Origin: a virus
Virus record (IMG/VR): IMGVR_UViG_3300028392_000034
Span: 1-64,000 of that record
DNA: 64,000 nucleotides
Direction: 5' to 3' (one strand)
Positions 19,007 through 28,357 of this stretch are shown here, one piece after another. Under the pieces are notes generated by a model, which did not search any database, was not told where the DNA came from, and was given only the letters and a program-made list of their open reading frames with translations. How positions within the stretch are numbered: the first letter of the stretch is position 1; each line of letters begins with the position of its first letter. The position numbers and the translations under genes are program-made.

Positions 19007-20032
19007 ATGTCTACAATTCTTGTAAAACATGGTAGTTATCGCAATCAACCCGTAAACAATGTAACCTTTGCTCTTGTTAAAGGTTACCAAACAGGAGCCA
19101 AAGGAGGCTATGTGACAGTAAACGCTGAAGGTTACTTTGGTGAAGACACTCCGGACGTAGTTCGTATCCGTGTCAATTCAATTGAAGATATAGAGTTTAC
19201 CACAGGTGACTCTGTTGCGGCACCTGTTGCCCAGGCTCCAGCCAAGGCGCCAGTGGAAACTGACGAGGAAGTTATGACTCGTATTGGCGAGCGTTTTGAT
19301 ATCCTGGACCAAATGACCAAGGCCACCATTGCCGGTGACGTCCGTGCTATGATTGTGGTTGGCCCTCCGGGTGTGGGCAAGAGCTACGGTGTAGAAAAAC
19401 AGTTGGAGCACTCGGGCTTGTTTGACCAGTTGAGTGGTCGCAAGATCAAATACGAAGTTATCAAAGGTGCAATGACTCCGATTGGTTTGTATTGCACTTT
19501 GTATAAACATTCAGACCGGAACAATGTGTTGGTGTTCGACGACTGTGACTCAGTATTCCAAGATGACTTATCGTTAAACATTTTAAAAGCGGCACTGGAC
19601 TCTGGCAAGAAACGTCGTATCTACTGGAACAGTGACAGTGCCATGTTGCGTCGTGAAGGAGTGCCAGACATGTTTGACTTCAAAGGTGCTTGTATCTTCA
19701 TCACCAATTTGCAGTTCAGTAATCTCAAGAGCAAGAAGTTGCAAGACCATTTAGAGGCATTGCAGAGTCGTTGTCACTTTTTGGACCTCACACTCAACAC
19801 CATGCGTGATCGCTTTTTGCGTATCAAGCAAATTTACCTCAAAGGTGAACTGTTCGCAGACTACGATTTTAGCTCGGAACAAGGCGATGAAATCATTGGA
19901 TTCATGGAAGCAAATCAAACTCGTCTACGTGAAATGAGCCTGCGTATGGCGCTCAAGATTGCTGACTTGACCAAAGTGTCCGAGACAAATTGGAGGGCCC
20001 TGGCCGCCAGCACCTGTATGAAGAACAGTTAA
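19007..20032 (+). CDS. AAA+ ATPase
   Basis: GPPGVGKS Walker A, LVFDDCD Walker B, FITN sensor 1, ALQSRC arginine finger. Confidence 0.85.
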   Translation: MSTILVKHGSYRNQPVNNVTFALVKGYQTGAKGGYVTVNAEGYFGEDTPDVVRIRVNSIEDIEFTTGDSVAAPVAQAPAKAPVETDEEVMTRIGERFDILDQMTKATIAGDVRAMIVVGPPGVGKSYGVEKQLEHSGLFDQLSGRKIKYEVIKGAMTPIGLYCTLYKHSDRNNVLVFDDCDSVFQDDLSLNILKAALDSGKKRRIYWNSDSAMLRREGVPDMFDFKGACIFITNLQFSNLKSKKLQDHLEALQSRCHFLDLTLNTMRDRFLRIKQIYLKGELFADYDFSSEQGDEIIGFMEANQTRLREMSLRMALKIADLTKVSETNWRALAASTCMKNS

Positions 20033-20069
20033 TCAATTAGCTCCTGGGCAGTGCAAACTGCCCATTTAC

Positions 20070-20102
20070 AACAGGTATCTGTAAAAAGATACCTGTTTTT
20101 TT
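20070..20102 (+). terminator. Intrinsic terminator, preceded by a GCAA-tetraloop hairpin at 20045-20064
   Basis: AACAGGTATCT-GTAAAA-AGATACCTGTT followed by a T run. Confidence 0.85.
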
Positions 20103-20130
20103 GACTTTACTAGACTAAGTATGTTATACT
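20101..20130 (+). promoter_or_regulatory. Sigma70-type promoter giving a leaderless uvsW mRNA
   Basis: TTGACT-18-TATACT with extended -10; ATG exactly 7 nt after the -10. Confidence 0.7.
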
Positions 20131-20136
20131 AGCACA

Positions 20137-21597
20137 ATGCGAACAGCTAAAATTATAATCCGTGACGAAGTTAATATCAAAATAGAAGGACTTGAGCTTG
20201 ATGCTCGTCGTGCATTGGTTACGGCTTTCAAGTATGATGTTCCGGGCGCTCGTTACTTGCCAGCAGTTAGATTAGGACGATGGGACGGCAAGGTCAGTTA
20301 TTTTCAACTGGGTGGCAGCACTTATGTGAACCTGTTGCCAGAGATCATTCCCATCTTGGAAAAGTTCAACTATGATATTGAACTAGATGACCAGCGCGAC
20401 TACTTGACTACATTCAAGTTTGAGAGTGTGACTGAACAATCATTTAGTCACATTGCTTGGAGTAAAGGTCATCCGCTAGAAGGCGAACCAATGGTGTTGC
20501 GTGATTATCAAGTTGAGATTATCAATAACTTTTTGGCTGATCCACAATGTATACAAGAGATTGCCACCGGCGCAGGTAAAACTGTTATTACGGCTGCACT
20601 ATCGAATGCAGTGGCGCCATATGGTCGTACAGTTGTAATTGTGCCCAACAAGAATCTAGTGACACAAACAGAAAAAGACTACATCAACATGCAACAGGAT
20701 GTGGGTGTTTACTTTGGTGATCGCAAGGAATGGGGACGACAGCACACCATCTGCACTTGGCAAAGTTTAAATGTCTTGCTTAAAAACACAAAGAACTCGG
20801 TAGGTGATGTAACCATACAAGAGTTCTTGGAAGATGTAGTGTGTGTTATTGTTGACGAAGTTCACATGGCCAAAGCCGACGCATTAAAGAGTTTGCTGAC
20901 TGGTGTAATGAGTCGTGTACCTATACGTTGGGGACTCACAGGAACCATACCCAAAGAACCATTTGAATTCCAAGCACTCAAGTGTAGCCTTGGTCCAGTA
21001 ATTGGTCGACTCACTGCTAGTGAACTACAAAGCCAAGGTGTGTTGGCACAATGCCACGTGAACATTGTTCAGTTGGTTGACCACGCTGAGTTCACCAACT
21101 ACCAAAGTGAATTGAAGTTTCTATTGGAAGAACCTGATAGACTTAAAACAATAGCCCAATTGATCGCACAAGTCAACGCCACAGGCAATACATTGGTGCT
21201 GGTAGATCGAGTAGCCGGGGGCCATGCCCTGGTAGAGTTACTAGGTGACTTGGCTGTTTTTGTCAGTGGCGCAACCAAAGCAAAGGATAGACAAGATGAG
21301 TATGATGAAGTTGCCACCAGCACTGGCAAGATTATTGTGGCAACTTACGGTGTGGCCGCTGTGGGTATTAATTTGCCTAGGATTTTTAATCTGGTTCTTG
21401 TGGAGCCCGGAAAGAGCTTTGTCCGCGTTATACAATCAATTGGGCGCGGCATTAGAAAAGCGGAAGACAAAGACCATGTCCAGATCTGGGACGTAACCAG
21501 CACTTGTAAATTTGCCAAGCGTCACTTGACCAAACGTAAAACTTTTTATAAAGAGGCCAACTACCCATTTACACAAGAGAAGTTGGAATGGAAATAA
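20137..21597 (+). CDS. uvsW: SF2 DNA helicase UvsW
   Basis: LRDYQ, ATGAGKT, VDEVH, GLTGT, QSIGRGIR. Confidence 0.9.
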   Translation: MRTAKIIIRDEVNIKIEGLELDARRALVTAFKYDVPGARYLPAVRLGRWDGKVSYFQLGGSTYVNLLPEIIPILEKFNYDIELDDQRDYLTTFKFESVTEQSFSHIAWSKGHPLEGEPMVLRDYQVEIINNFLADPQCIQEIATGAGKTVITAALSNAVAPYGRTVVIVPNKNLVTQTEKDYINMQQDVGVYFGDRKEWGRQHTICTWQSLNVLLKNTKNSVGDVTIQEFLEDVVCVIVDEVHMAKADALKSLLTGVMSRVPIRWGLTGTIPKEPFEFQALKCSLGPVIGRLTASELQSQGVLAQCHVNIVQLVDHAEFTNYQSELKFLLEEPDRLKTIAQLIAQVNATGNTLVLVDRVAGGHALVELLGDLAVFVSGATKAKDRQDEYDEVATSTGKIIVATYGVAAVGINLPRIFNLVLVEPGKSFVRVIQSIGRGIRKAEDKDHVQIWDVTSTCKFAKRHLTKRKTFYKEANYPFTQEKLEWK

Positions 21598-21634
21598 AGG
21601 TTGCACTTGTGACAAAATATGTTATAATACACTT

Positions 21635-22135
21635 ATGAGAATACTAACACTTGACAATGAACCATTTGATCTAGATCACCTTCCGGAAGAAGTAGATGAC
21701 ATGCGTTTTGCTATTTTTGACAATAGCGATCCCAAGGATCCAGACTATCACTATATTCCGCTAATCTTCTTAGAAAGTTTTACAGCGCCAGCTTTGGTGT
21801 TACGAATAGGTTCGCACAGAATTCGCATGCCAGTTGATTGGCAGATCCTAATAGGAGAACCCGACATTGGTGATTTAGAAGTGTTACCTCTTACCAGTAT
21901 AAACGATCGTGGGTTTAAGGCATTTCAATTTAATCCACTCAGCAGTTTTAGACCCAGCTTTCCAGACATTGAAATCATTGACATCTATCAAGAAGTGTCC
22001 TGGTATGCTCCTAAACTAAAGAATGGTCAGATGTTGTGTGTGCCAATCAGCGAAGGAGATGAACCCGAGTGTGTGTATTTTGTCAAAGACATCAGTCGTA
22101 ACTGTGAAGTGGTAAACTATAACTTGGCGTGGTAA
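21635..22135 (+). CDS. Hypothetical protein in the replication module
   Basis: 166 aa; own extended -10 promoter (TATAAT 21623-21628), leaderless start. Confidence 0.7.
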   Translation: MRILTLDNEPFDLDHLPEEVDDMRFAIFDNSDPKDPDYHYIPLIFLESFTAPALVLRIGSHRIRMPVDWQILIGEPDIGDLEVLPLTSINDRGFKAFQFNPLSSFRPSFPDIEIIDIYQEVSWYAPKLKNGQMLCVPISEGDEPECVYFVKDISRNCEVVNYNLAW

Positions 22136-22581
22136 TGGATAAGCTCAGTATCAATAACGAAATGGCTGTGTTTGATCGCAAGGATCGAGAGTTTTACAAT
22201 AACCTAACACCAGAAGAACGTAAAAAGTTCAGTAACTTCTTGATGATTCGATATGGGTCAAGTGTGCAAGGCAGTCGAGATCTGCAAGAGTTTTACTTGA
22301 TATCCACAAACGAAAGACTTAACAAACAGTTTTTTAATATCAACCGGCATCCAAAACTACAATGGCTATGTGCTACAACTGTGAGTCCGGGGTTAGGCAC
22401 ACAGCGTCATCAGTGGATTGCTCCTAAGAAAAAGGAACCTGGCGCTGGTAGTATTCGTAAACAATTAGCAGAACTATATCCACATCTCAAAGACGATGAA
22501 CTAGAACTAATGGCACAAATCAATACCAAAAAAGACATTGATGAATATTTAAAAGCCTCAGGGCAAGACGCAAAGAAATGA
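22135..22581 (+). CDS. Putative clamp-loader small subunit (gp62-like)
   Basis: Size, replication context and FS.FLM.RY.S / HP.LQWL / QWI pattern; weak recognition. Confidence 0.45.
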   Translation: MDKLSINNEMAVFDRKDREFYNNLTPEERKKFSNFLMIRYGSSVQGSRDLQEFYLISTNERLNKQFFNINRHPKLQWLCATTVSPGLGTQRHQWIAPKKKEPGAGSIRKQLAELYPHLKDDELELMAQINTKKDIDEYLKASGQDAKK

Positions 22582-23252
22582 CCTATACCTGTCAGTATTG
22601 TCGGAAAGACTTTATGAAAGAGTCCAGTCTTGCGGTGCATTCATGTGAGCCGCGACGTCGACGCATAGAAAAAGACGAAGCAGGTGTGCGTCTTGGCTTT
22701 AACGCCTACTTGAAATTTTATGAACTGACACAGGGTAGTGCCAAGCTAAAAACCTACGATGACTTTTGTGAAAGTGCCTACTATCGTGCGTTTGTAAAGT
22801 TTGGTCGCTATTGTGTAGATATCCGTGCTGTTAATCCTGCACGTTTTGTAGAATGGGTATTGAAACAAAACAAAAAGATTGACCATTGGTGCAAAGACAC
22901 AGTATACACAGAATACCTAACTGACTACTTGCGTGTGGAAAATATAAACGATGCTCTGGCTCGTGCTGTGGAGTTTGGTATTGATTGGTCAGAACAGTCG
23001 GGACACCCGGCAGAAGATTGCTTGCGTTATGGCAACACCAATGCAATGGTGTATGCAGTAACCGCAGGTCGCATAAGTCCTTGGATCATTTACAACAGTG
23101 AATCAGGACAAAAGTTCCTAGCCGAATTAGATGCCACACAAATAGCTATGGTGTGGCCTTACATTGACGCAGACTTTTGGATGAAAAAATTTAAAGACTA
23201 TCCAGCAGACCAAGAGTATGCCCGGGATATATTAGCAAAGGCAGGATGGTAG
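22578..23252 (+). CDS. Hypothetical protein with N-terminal zinc finger
   Basis: YTCQYCRKDFMKESSLAVHSC. Confidence 0.7.
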   Translation: MTYTCQYCRKDFMKESSLAVHSCEPRRRRIEKDEAGVRLGFNAYLKFYELTQGSAKLKTYDDFCESAYYRAFVKFGRYCVDIRAVNPARFVEWVLKQNKKIDHWCKDTVYTEYLTDYLRVENINDALARAVEFGIDWSEQSGHPAEDCLRYGNTNAMVYAVTAGRISPWIIYNSESGQKFLAELDATQIAMVWPYIDADFWMKKFKDYPADQEYARDILAKAGW

Positions 23253-23253
23253 C

Positions 23254-23610
23254 ATGATCAAAGCAATTCATACCAGTGGAAAGTATATACAAGTAATAGG
23301 CGGCAGTGCCAGCACCTATGTGAGTGCCCAAGCCGGGTCACAAGGAGTTGGTAACTTGCGTTTCAACACCAGTCAGCAACGATTAGAAGTGTATGATGGC
23401 ATGACTTGGTTGGAATTAAACACGCCACATGCCAGTGTAGGACTTAATGGGGCGGCTGAGGAAGCAATTGATTGGGTACAACGACAGATGGCAGAAGAAA
23501 AAAGACTTGAGGTATTGGCAAAAAAACATCCAGCGGTAGCAGATGCACTTAAAGCAGTTCAGCAAGCACAGGAACAAGTTAGAATCGTAGCCGCATTGGT
23601 GCAAGAATGA
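23254..23610 (+). CDS. Hypothetical protein
   Basis: 118-aa ORF coupled to its neighbours. Confidence 0.65.
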   Translation: MIKAIHTSGKYIQVIGGSASTYVSAQAGSQGVGNLRFNTSQQRLEVYDGMTWLELNTPHASVGLNGAAEEAIDWVQRQMAEEKRLEVLAKKHPAVADALKAVQQAQEQVRIVAALVQE

Positions 23611-24167
23611 GCGCAGACATTGACATTGACTTAGCCGACAGGGATCAACTGTTAAAGTTGATTCGTGCTACTCCAGCACGTCAACTGCATCAAGGCCAGG
23701 TACGTCGACACAACAGTGGTGTATATGTTACAGATATTCCGTATGATCCAGTCAATACCTGTGCCGCTATAGATTACGAGGAGGCCGAGCAGTTGGGTTA
23801 TTTTAAAATTGATTTGTTAAACATGAGTGTGTATCAATTAATAACCGGTCCAGAACATTACCAAGCAATGTTAGCAAAAGAACCGCCTTGGTCTCGCTTA
23901 TGGACCGACGTAGAGTGGGCTCAGCAACTGGTTCACGTGGGCAACTATACAGATTTGTTACAAACAATGAGGCCAGATAGCATACCCAGGATGGCAGCAT
24001 TTATAAGTATTATTCGTCCGGGCAAAGCACATTTACAAACACGCCCGTGGGCTGAAGTTTTCGAGTCAGTGTGGGACGGTGATGCAAGTCGTGGATTTGT
24101 ATTCAAACACGCACATGCCATTGGATATGCTGCATTGGTGGCACTACATATGAACTTGCTGGTATGA
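23607..24167 (+). CDS. Miniature DNA polymerase III alpha (DnaE)-like protein
   Basis: ADIDIDLAD (PDIDxD), RHNSGVY, GYFKIDLL, IIRPG, FKHAHAIGYA, in DnaE order. Confidence 0.75.
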   Translation: MSADIDIDLADRDQLLKLIRATPARQLHQGQVRRHNSGVYVTDIPYDPVNTCAAIDYEEAEQLGYFKIDLLNMSVYQLITGPEHYQAMLAKEPPWSRLWTDVEWAQQLVHVGNYTDLLQTMRPDSIPRMAAFISIIRPGKAHLQTRPWAEVFESVWDGDASRGFVFKHAHAIGYAALVALHMNLLV

Positions 24168-25090
24168 TTCAGTGTCCTAATCCGTATCAAAGAATTACAC
24201 TAGTTGGTCATCCTAGTTTTGCTGGCGGCCATTTTTTGATCAATTGCCTGGGTCTAAATGATCAATCAGTTTTTCAACATGCTGAGTTGGCAAAAAAACA
24301 AATAGCCGGGCAATTTCAATATGCTAACAAACTGCAATACCTACATGAAAAATTGAAAATTGCCGGGCAGTCATCTACTTGGACTGATTTAGATCTTGGT
24401 AACATTCAATTGTTAGGAATTGAACACACTCAATTTTGCACACACTATCACGAAATTTTGGCTCGCCAAATGTTGCCAGTGGTTGAAGACATTATGAATC
24501 AAAATTTACACATGATGTTGAGCGCACATTCGCCAAATTTGATAAACGCTTTTTTAAAATTTTGGCCCAATGCCCGGGTAATTTTTTTTACCAACTATAG
24601 AAAATTTATCAACGCACGACAGCAGGCAACAGTGCAACCGCACAAGAACAAATCTGGACTACTAGACAGCGGATATTATTCCAAGGTTGGCGAATGGGTA
24701 TTTGTGCCAACGCAATCAGCTGAATTGACTGAATATTGGGACTCAGTTAAAGAACTTAACTGGCCACTGAATCCACCCACTGATCAACACAAATTGGAAC
24801 AGTTGCCAATGTTTATCCAACAACAACTAAGGTCGCAGACTCATCAATATATAGGTAAATTTTTAAATTATCAGCCGCTAATAGATGAAATATATGACAG
24901 TATGGTTCAGCAGTATCAAGACCAAGCAGGCGAACAATGTTTTATCTGGGACACAGGCAATAATTTTAAAAATAGTCAAGAGTTTTTAAAAAATATTAAA
25001 AAATGTTTAGACTGGTTGAATTTACCTGCCACCAATGATCAAGATTTGATAAATTATTTCGAACATTGGTTCCAAGTAATTCTTGATTAA
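24164..25090 (+). CDS. Hypothetical protein, AT-rich, possibly a modification enzyme
   Basis: 308 aa, ATGA-coupled to mini-dnaE; N-terminal GHPSFAGGHFL loop. Confidence 0.55.
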   Translation: MIQCPNPYQRITLVGHPSFAGGHFLINCLGLNDQSVFQHAELAKKQIAGQFQYANKLQYLHEKLKIAGQSSTWTDLDLGNIQLLGIEHTQFCTHYHEILARQMLPVVEDIMNQNLHMMLSAHSPNLINAFLKFWPNARVIFFTNYRKFINARQQATVQPHKNKSGLLDSGYYSKVGEWVFVPTQSAELTEYWDSVKELNWPLNPPTDQHKLEQLPMFIQQQLRSQTHQYIGKFLNYQPLIDEIYDSMVQQYQDQAGEQCFIWDTGNNFKNSQEFLKNIKKCLDWLNLPATNDQDLINYFEHWFQVILD

Positions 25091-25102
25091 ATTAAAAAGT
25101 TT

Positions 25103-25789
25103 ATGACACTTTTATACAGTAATGGATGCAGTTTTACAGCCAACCGTGACGTGCCAAGATGGCATCGATATCCGTTTGTAATCAGCAAACATTTTGGTTG
25201 GAGGTCGGTTGACCGAGCCGTATCGGGCTCGTGCAACAGTAAAATTATTCGGTGTGCCATGCGAGACTGCATTGATCTGTTGACGCACAATGAACCAATC
25301 GTGGCGCTGATTCAGTTAACGTTCAAAGAGAGATTTGAGTATGCTGGAACCCCAGATGATTCCAACCGTTGGAAATACGGAGAGATCAACACAGGAATAG
25401 ATTTTGTTCCAGCACAAGATCAATTTGAATCTCTCAAACCCAGCGACTACGAAAACTGGCCCGACGAAGTAAAGCAGTATGGAAAACTTCATACGGTGTT
25501 ACAAAAACCCGATGCGGTTGATGCTGAATTGTTTTCTAGATTGGTAGGACTTGTTTCGTTTTTTCGAGCAAACAATATTCAATATTTGATATACGCTGGA
25601 CCAGCTGACTTTAAAAGTCATTTAAATGTCAATGATCCGTTTTATCAGTGGCTAACTGCTGATCCAAATGTATTGAACTTTTTGAATTTTGATATGCTTG
25701 CATTAACTGGCCAACAACGCCATCCGGACCGTGATGGAATGAAAGCGATAGCAGATTATTTTGTCAATCGACTCGGCGAACCAAAGTGA
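25103..25789 (+). CDS. SGNH/GDSL-hydrolase-like protein
   Basis: LYSNGCSFT (block I-like), AVSGSCN (block II-like), C-terminal RHP...GMKAIA (block V-like). Confidence 0.55.
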   Translation: MTLLYSNGCSFTANRDVPRWHRYPFVISKHFGWRSVDRAVSGSCNSKIIRCAMRDCIDLLTHNEPIVALIQLTFKERFEYAGTPDDSNRWKYGEINTGIDFVPAQDQFESLKPSDYENWPDEVKQYGKLHTVLQKPDAVDAELFSRLVGLVSFFRANNIQYLIYAGPADFKSHLNVNDPFYQWLTADPNVLNFLNFDMLALTGQQRHPDRDGMKAIADYFVNRLGEPK

Positions 25790-26141
25790 TTGATTTGCGT
25801 TTGCTTTTTTTACGACTCATTTCACTCAGACTGCAAATAGGCCCATGCAATACTTCTAGATCTTTATTGGTAAAAGTTTTAAGGTAAGGCCTAAATACGT
25901 CCCAATCACCTTTGAGGAATATGTTGATAGGGATACTACGATTACTTTCCCACCACCAAACATTGGCTAATTCTAAAAAATGACGTTTCAGATCCGCGTT
26001 TGATATAGCACCAAAGTCATAGATGGTGGTTATTGCGTCATCTTGATTTTGTATAATACCCACATATTCCGTTGAGGCATAGACACATAGGGTAATGAAT
26101 GGGTATTTTTCAGCTAATTTATTAATAAAATCGTTTGTCAT
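25764..26141 (-). CDS. Hypothetical protein with basic C-terminus
   Basis: Only sensible ORF in the gap; minus-strand TAAATA at 26151-26156 upstream. Confidence 0.75.
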   Translation of the reverse strand: MTNDFINKLAEKYPFITLCVYASTEYVGIIQNQDDAITTIYDFGAISNADLKRHFLELANVWWWESNRSIPINIFLKGDWDVFRPYLKTFTNKDLEVLHGPICSLSEMSRKKSKRKSITLVRRVD

Positions 26142-26201
26142 GTCTACGGATATTTACCAGACCAATTTCGTCAGGTCTAGCAAAAGCACTAAATATAATG
26201 T

Positions 26202-27347
26202 ATGTATTCAACCCAAGTCTATATCTACCAGCAAATTACCCAAGTGTTACTCATGGACACCGGTGCAGGCGAAACTTTTATCTATAGGTACGATCCCGTG
26301 TATGCAAAACAACTAACCATAAACAAAGGCGTTGACAATGTGCTTTTATTTGAGTTCATCAATCAACAAGAAAAGCCTGTCAACATCACAGGAAGCGACT
26401 TCCTGTTCCGTGCTATCAGCACCAATGGCGCTGATATTTTAGTTGAAAAACCCATGGTTATACTCAACGCTGCCACAGGCCGTGCAAAAGTTACGCTAAC
26501 CAGTGCAGATTTATTAGAAGTATTGGCACAGCCTGCTAGCTATAGTATCCAACGTGTCAGTGGTAATTTAACAGAAGCTGTGTTTACCAATGCACAAGCA
26601 GGTGCTCGTGCTCCTGCCAACATTGTAGACAGCATATTGCCACAGCATGTTCCTAGTGCTCCATTGACAATTCCCACCACCAAATTGAGTGCTCAGGCCA
26701 GTTTAGATGGCACAGCCTGGGGCAGCTATAGTCCCGGAACCTATTGGTCAGGCAATCCCAACGGTGGCAACTACTGGAACAGTTTTGCCAACACAGAATT
26801 TTATAGCAGTTTCATTGAACCCACTAACGCCATTACAACTATACAAATGACCTTGGTAGGATATACAGGTACAATCAAAGCTCAGGCCGCGCCAAACTAC
26901 GAAAGTATTTGGTACAATGTTTCTGAGTCAACCACCTACTACAATGAAACTCGTACTATCTATATGAACATTGTAGGATGGCATCCTTTGCTTAGATTAG
27001 CTTTTAACAACAGCATATTTGCTGTACCAACACAACCCGGAACTCCGGCCATTGGTTATGCAACTACTGAAAACGGAGTAGTGACCAGCGTTACTATCAC
27101 CAACGGCGGTACAGGTTATTTGGCACCGCCACATATCAACTTCATTGGCGATGGCGCTGGTGCCACTGCTGTGGCCACAGTTGACCAAGGTGTAGTAACC
27201 GGTGTTGAAGTAACCAATGGCGGTTCGGGCTATTGGTACCTGCCCAACGCAGGTATGGGTGCAGGTGTGTATCCAAATAATCCTAACCAAACAGGTGCTG
27301 CAGTTATAATCAGCACAGGTTATGTAGTCGATCTTCTTTATAGATAA
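26202..27347 (+). CDS. Virion structural protein (baseplate/tail-associated)
   Basis: Late promoter; FINQQEKPVNITG N-terminal motif; repeated VTSVTITNGGTGY / VTGVEVTNGGSGY. Confidence 0.65.
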   Translation: MYSTQVYIYQQITQVLLMDTGAGETFIYRYDPVYAKQLTINKGVDNVLLFEFINQQEKPVNITGSDFLFRAISTNGADILVEKPMVILNAATGRAKVTLTSADLLEVLAQPASYSIQRVSGNLTEAVFTNAQAGARAPANIVDSILPQHVPSAPLTIPTTKLSAQASLDGTAWGSYSPGTYWSGNPNGGNYWNSFANTEFYSSFIEPTNAITTIQMTLVGYTGTIKAQAAPNYESIWYNVSESTTYYNETRTIYMNIVGWHPLLRLAFNNSIFAVPTQPGTPAIGYATTENGVVTSVTITNGGTGYLAPPHINFIGDGAGATAVATVDQGVVTGVEVTNGGSGYWYLPNAGMGAGVYPNNPNQTGAAVIISTGYVVDLLYR

Positions 27348-27394
27348 TACCAAACTCACTTGTGATTCAGTAATAAATCTGCTATAATCGTAGC

Positions 27395-28357
27395 ATGATT
27401 GATGTGATTTCTTTTCTTCCGAATAAAAGAAAACAAACAGCTAGTGGTTGGATAAGTTTCAACGCACCCTGTTGTGTTCATCGCGGAGATACTCAAGACA
27501 AACGACAGCGTGGCGGCATCAAGCCCAACACAGATGGTGCATGGAGTTACCACTGTTTCAATTGTGGCTATACTGCAAGTTTTGTATTGGGTCGTAACCT
27601 AACATTTAAAGCTCGTCGATTACTTGAATGGCTAAATGTACCACAAGAAGAAATTGAGCGAATTAATCTTGAAAGTCTGAAGCATCGATCAATCCAAGGC
27701 TGGTTAGGCGAACGTCAAGCTATTATGCAACAACTGCAAACGATCTCGTTTGAAGATCGAGACTTGCCGGTAACTACACAACCACTTAACGATGCTGCTA
27801 TAGAATATTTGCAGAATAGGCGCATACCTTTAGACTATCCGTTCTTGTATAAAACAATGCCCAGACCCGGTGTGGTAATTCCGTTTACCTATGAAAATCA
27901 AGTGGTAGGACACACCACACGGTTCTTAGACAATCGTACACCTAGATATATTCAAGATATACAACCGGGCTATGTGTTTGGAACAGATTTGTTGCACGAT
28001 AACTGGACCTGTGTTATTGTGCTGGAAGGAGTGTTTGATGCACTTAGTATCAATGGCCTAGCGGTGTTACACGCAGAGATCAACGATGCACAGGCTAGAT
28101 TAATTCGCAGTCTAGGACGTGATATTATTGTTGTTCCGGATCAAGACGAAGCCGGTATGCGGTTAGTAGACCGTGCAGTAGAACTAGGATGGGCAGTTAG
28201 TATGCCCGATTGGCCTGTGGATGTAAAGGATGTAAACGATGCTGTGATTCGTTGGGGTAGATTGGCAACTTTGCTAACTATAATGCAGGCCCGAGAAACC
28301 AGTAAGATTAAAATAGAACTAAGGAAGAAACAACTTGTTAAAAGATTACGGACTTGA
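27395..28357 (+). CDS. DNA primase (T4 gp61-like)
   Basis: Zn-binding PCC..H...YHCFNC; TOPRIM EGVFDA, PDQDEAG, KDVND; leaderless promoter TATAAT 27383-27388. Confidence 0.9.
   Translation: MIDVISFLPNKRKQTASGWISFNAPCCVHRGDTQDKRQRGGIKPNTDGAWSYHCFNCGYTASFVLGRNLTFKARRLLEWLNVPQEEIERINLESLKHRSIQGWLGERQAIMQQLQTISFEDRDLPVTTQPLNDAAIEYLQNRRIPLDYPFLYKTMPRPGVVIPFTYENQVVGHTTRFLDNRTPRYIQDIQPGYVFGTDLLHDNWTCVIVLEGVFDALSINGLAVLHAEINDAQARLIRSLGRDIIVVPDQDEAGMRLVDRAVELGWAVSMPDWPVDVKDVNDAVIRWGRLATLLTIMQARETSKIKIELRKKQLVKRLRT

Noticed and set aside
20033-20102. tRNA in this or other intergenic hairpin regions
   Set aside because: No cloverleaf, TTCGA T-loop with acceptor stem, or CCA end; the regions are explained by simple hairpins and terminators.
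23607-24167. dnaE pseudogene fragment
   Set aside because: Motifs from distant parts of DnaE are joined in one clean, coupled ORF, which suggests a compact gene rather than decay.
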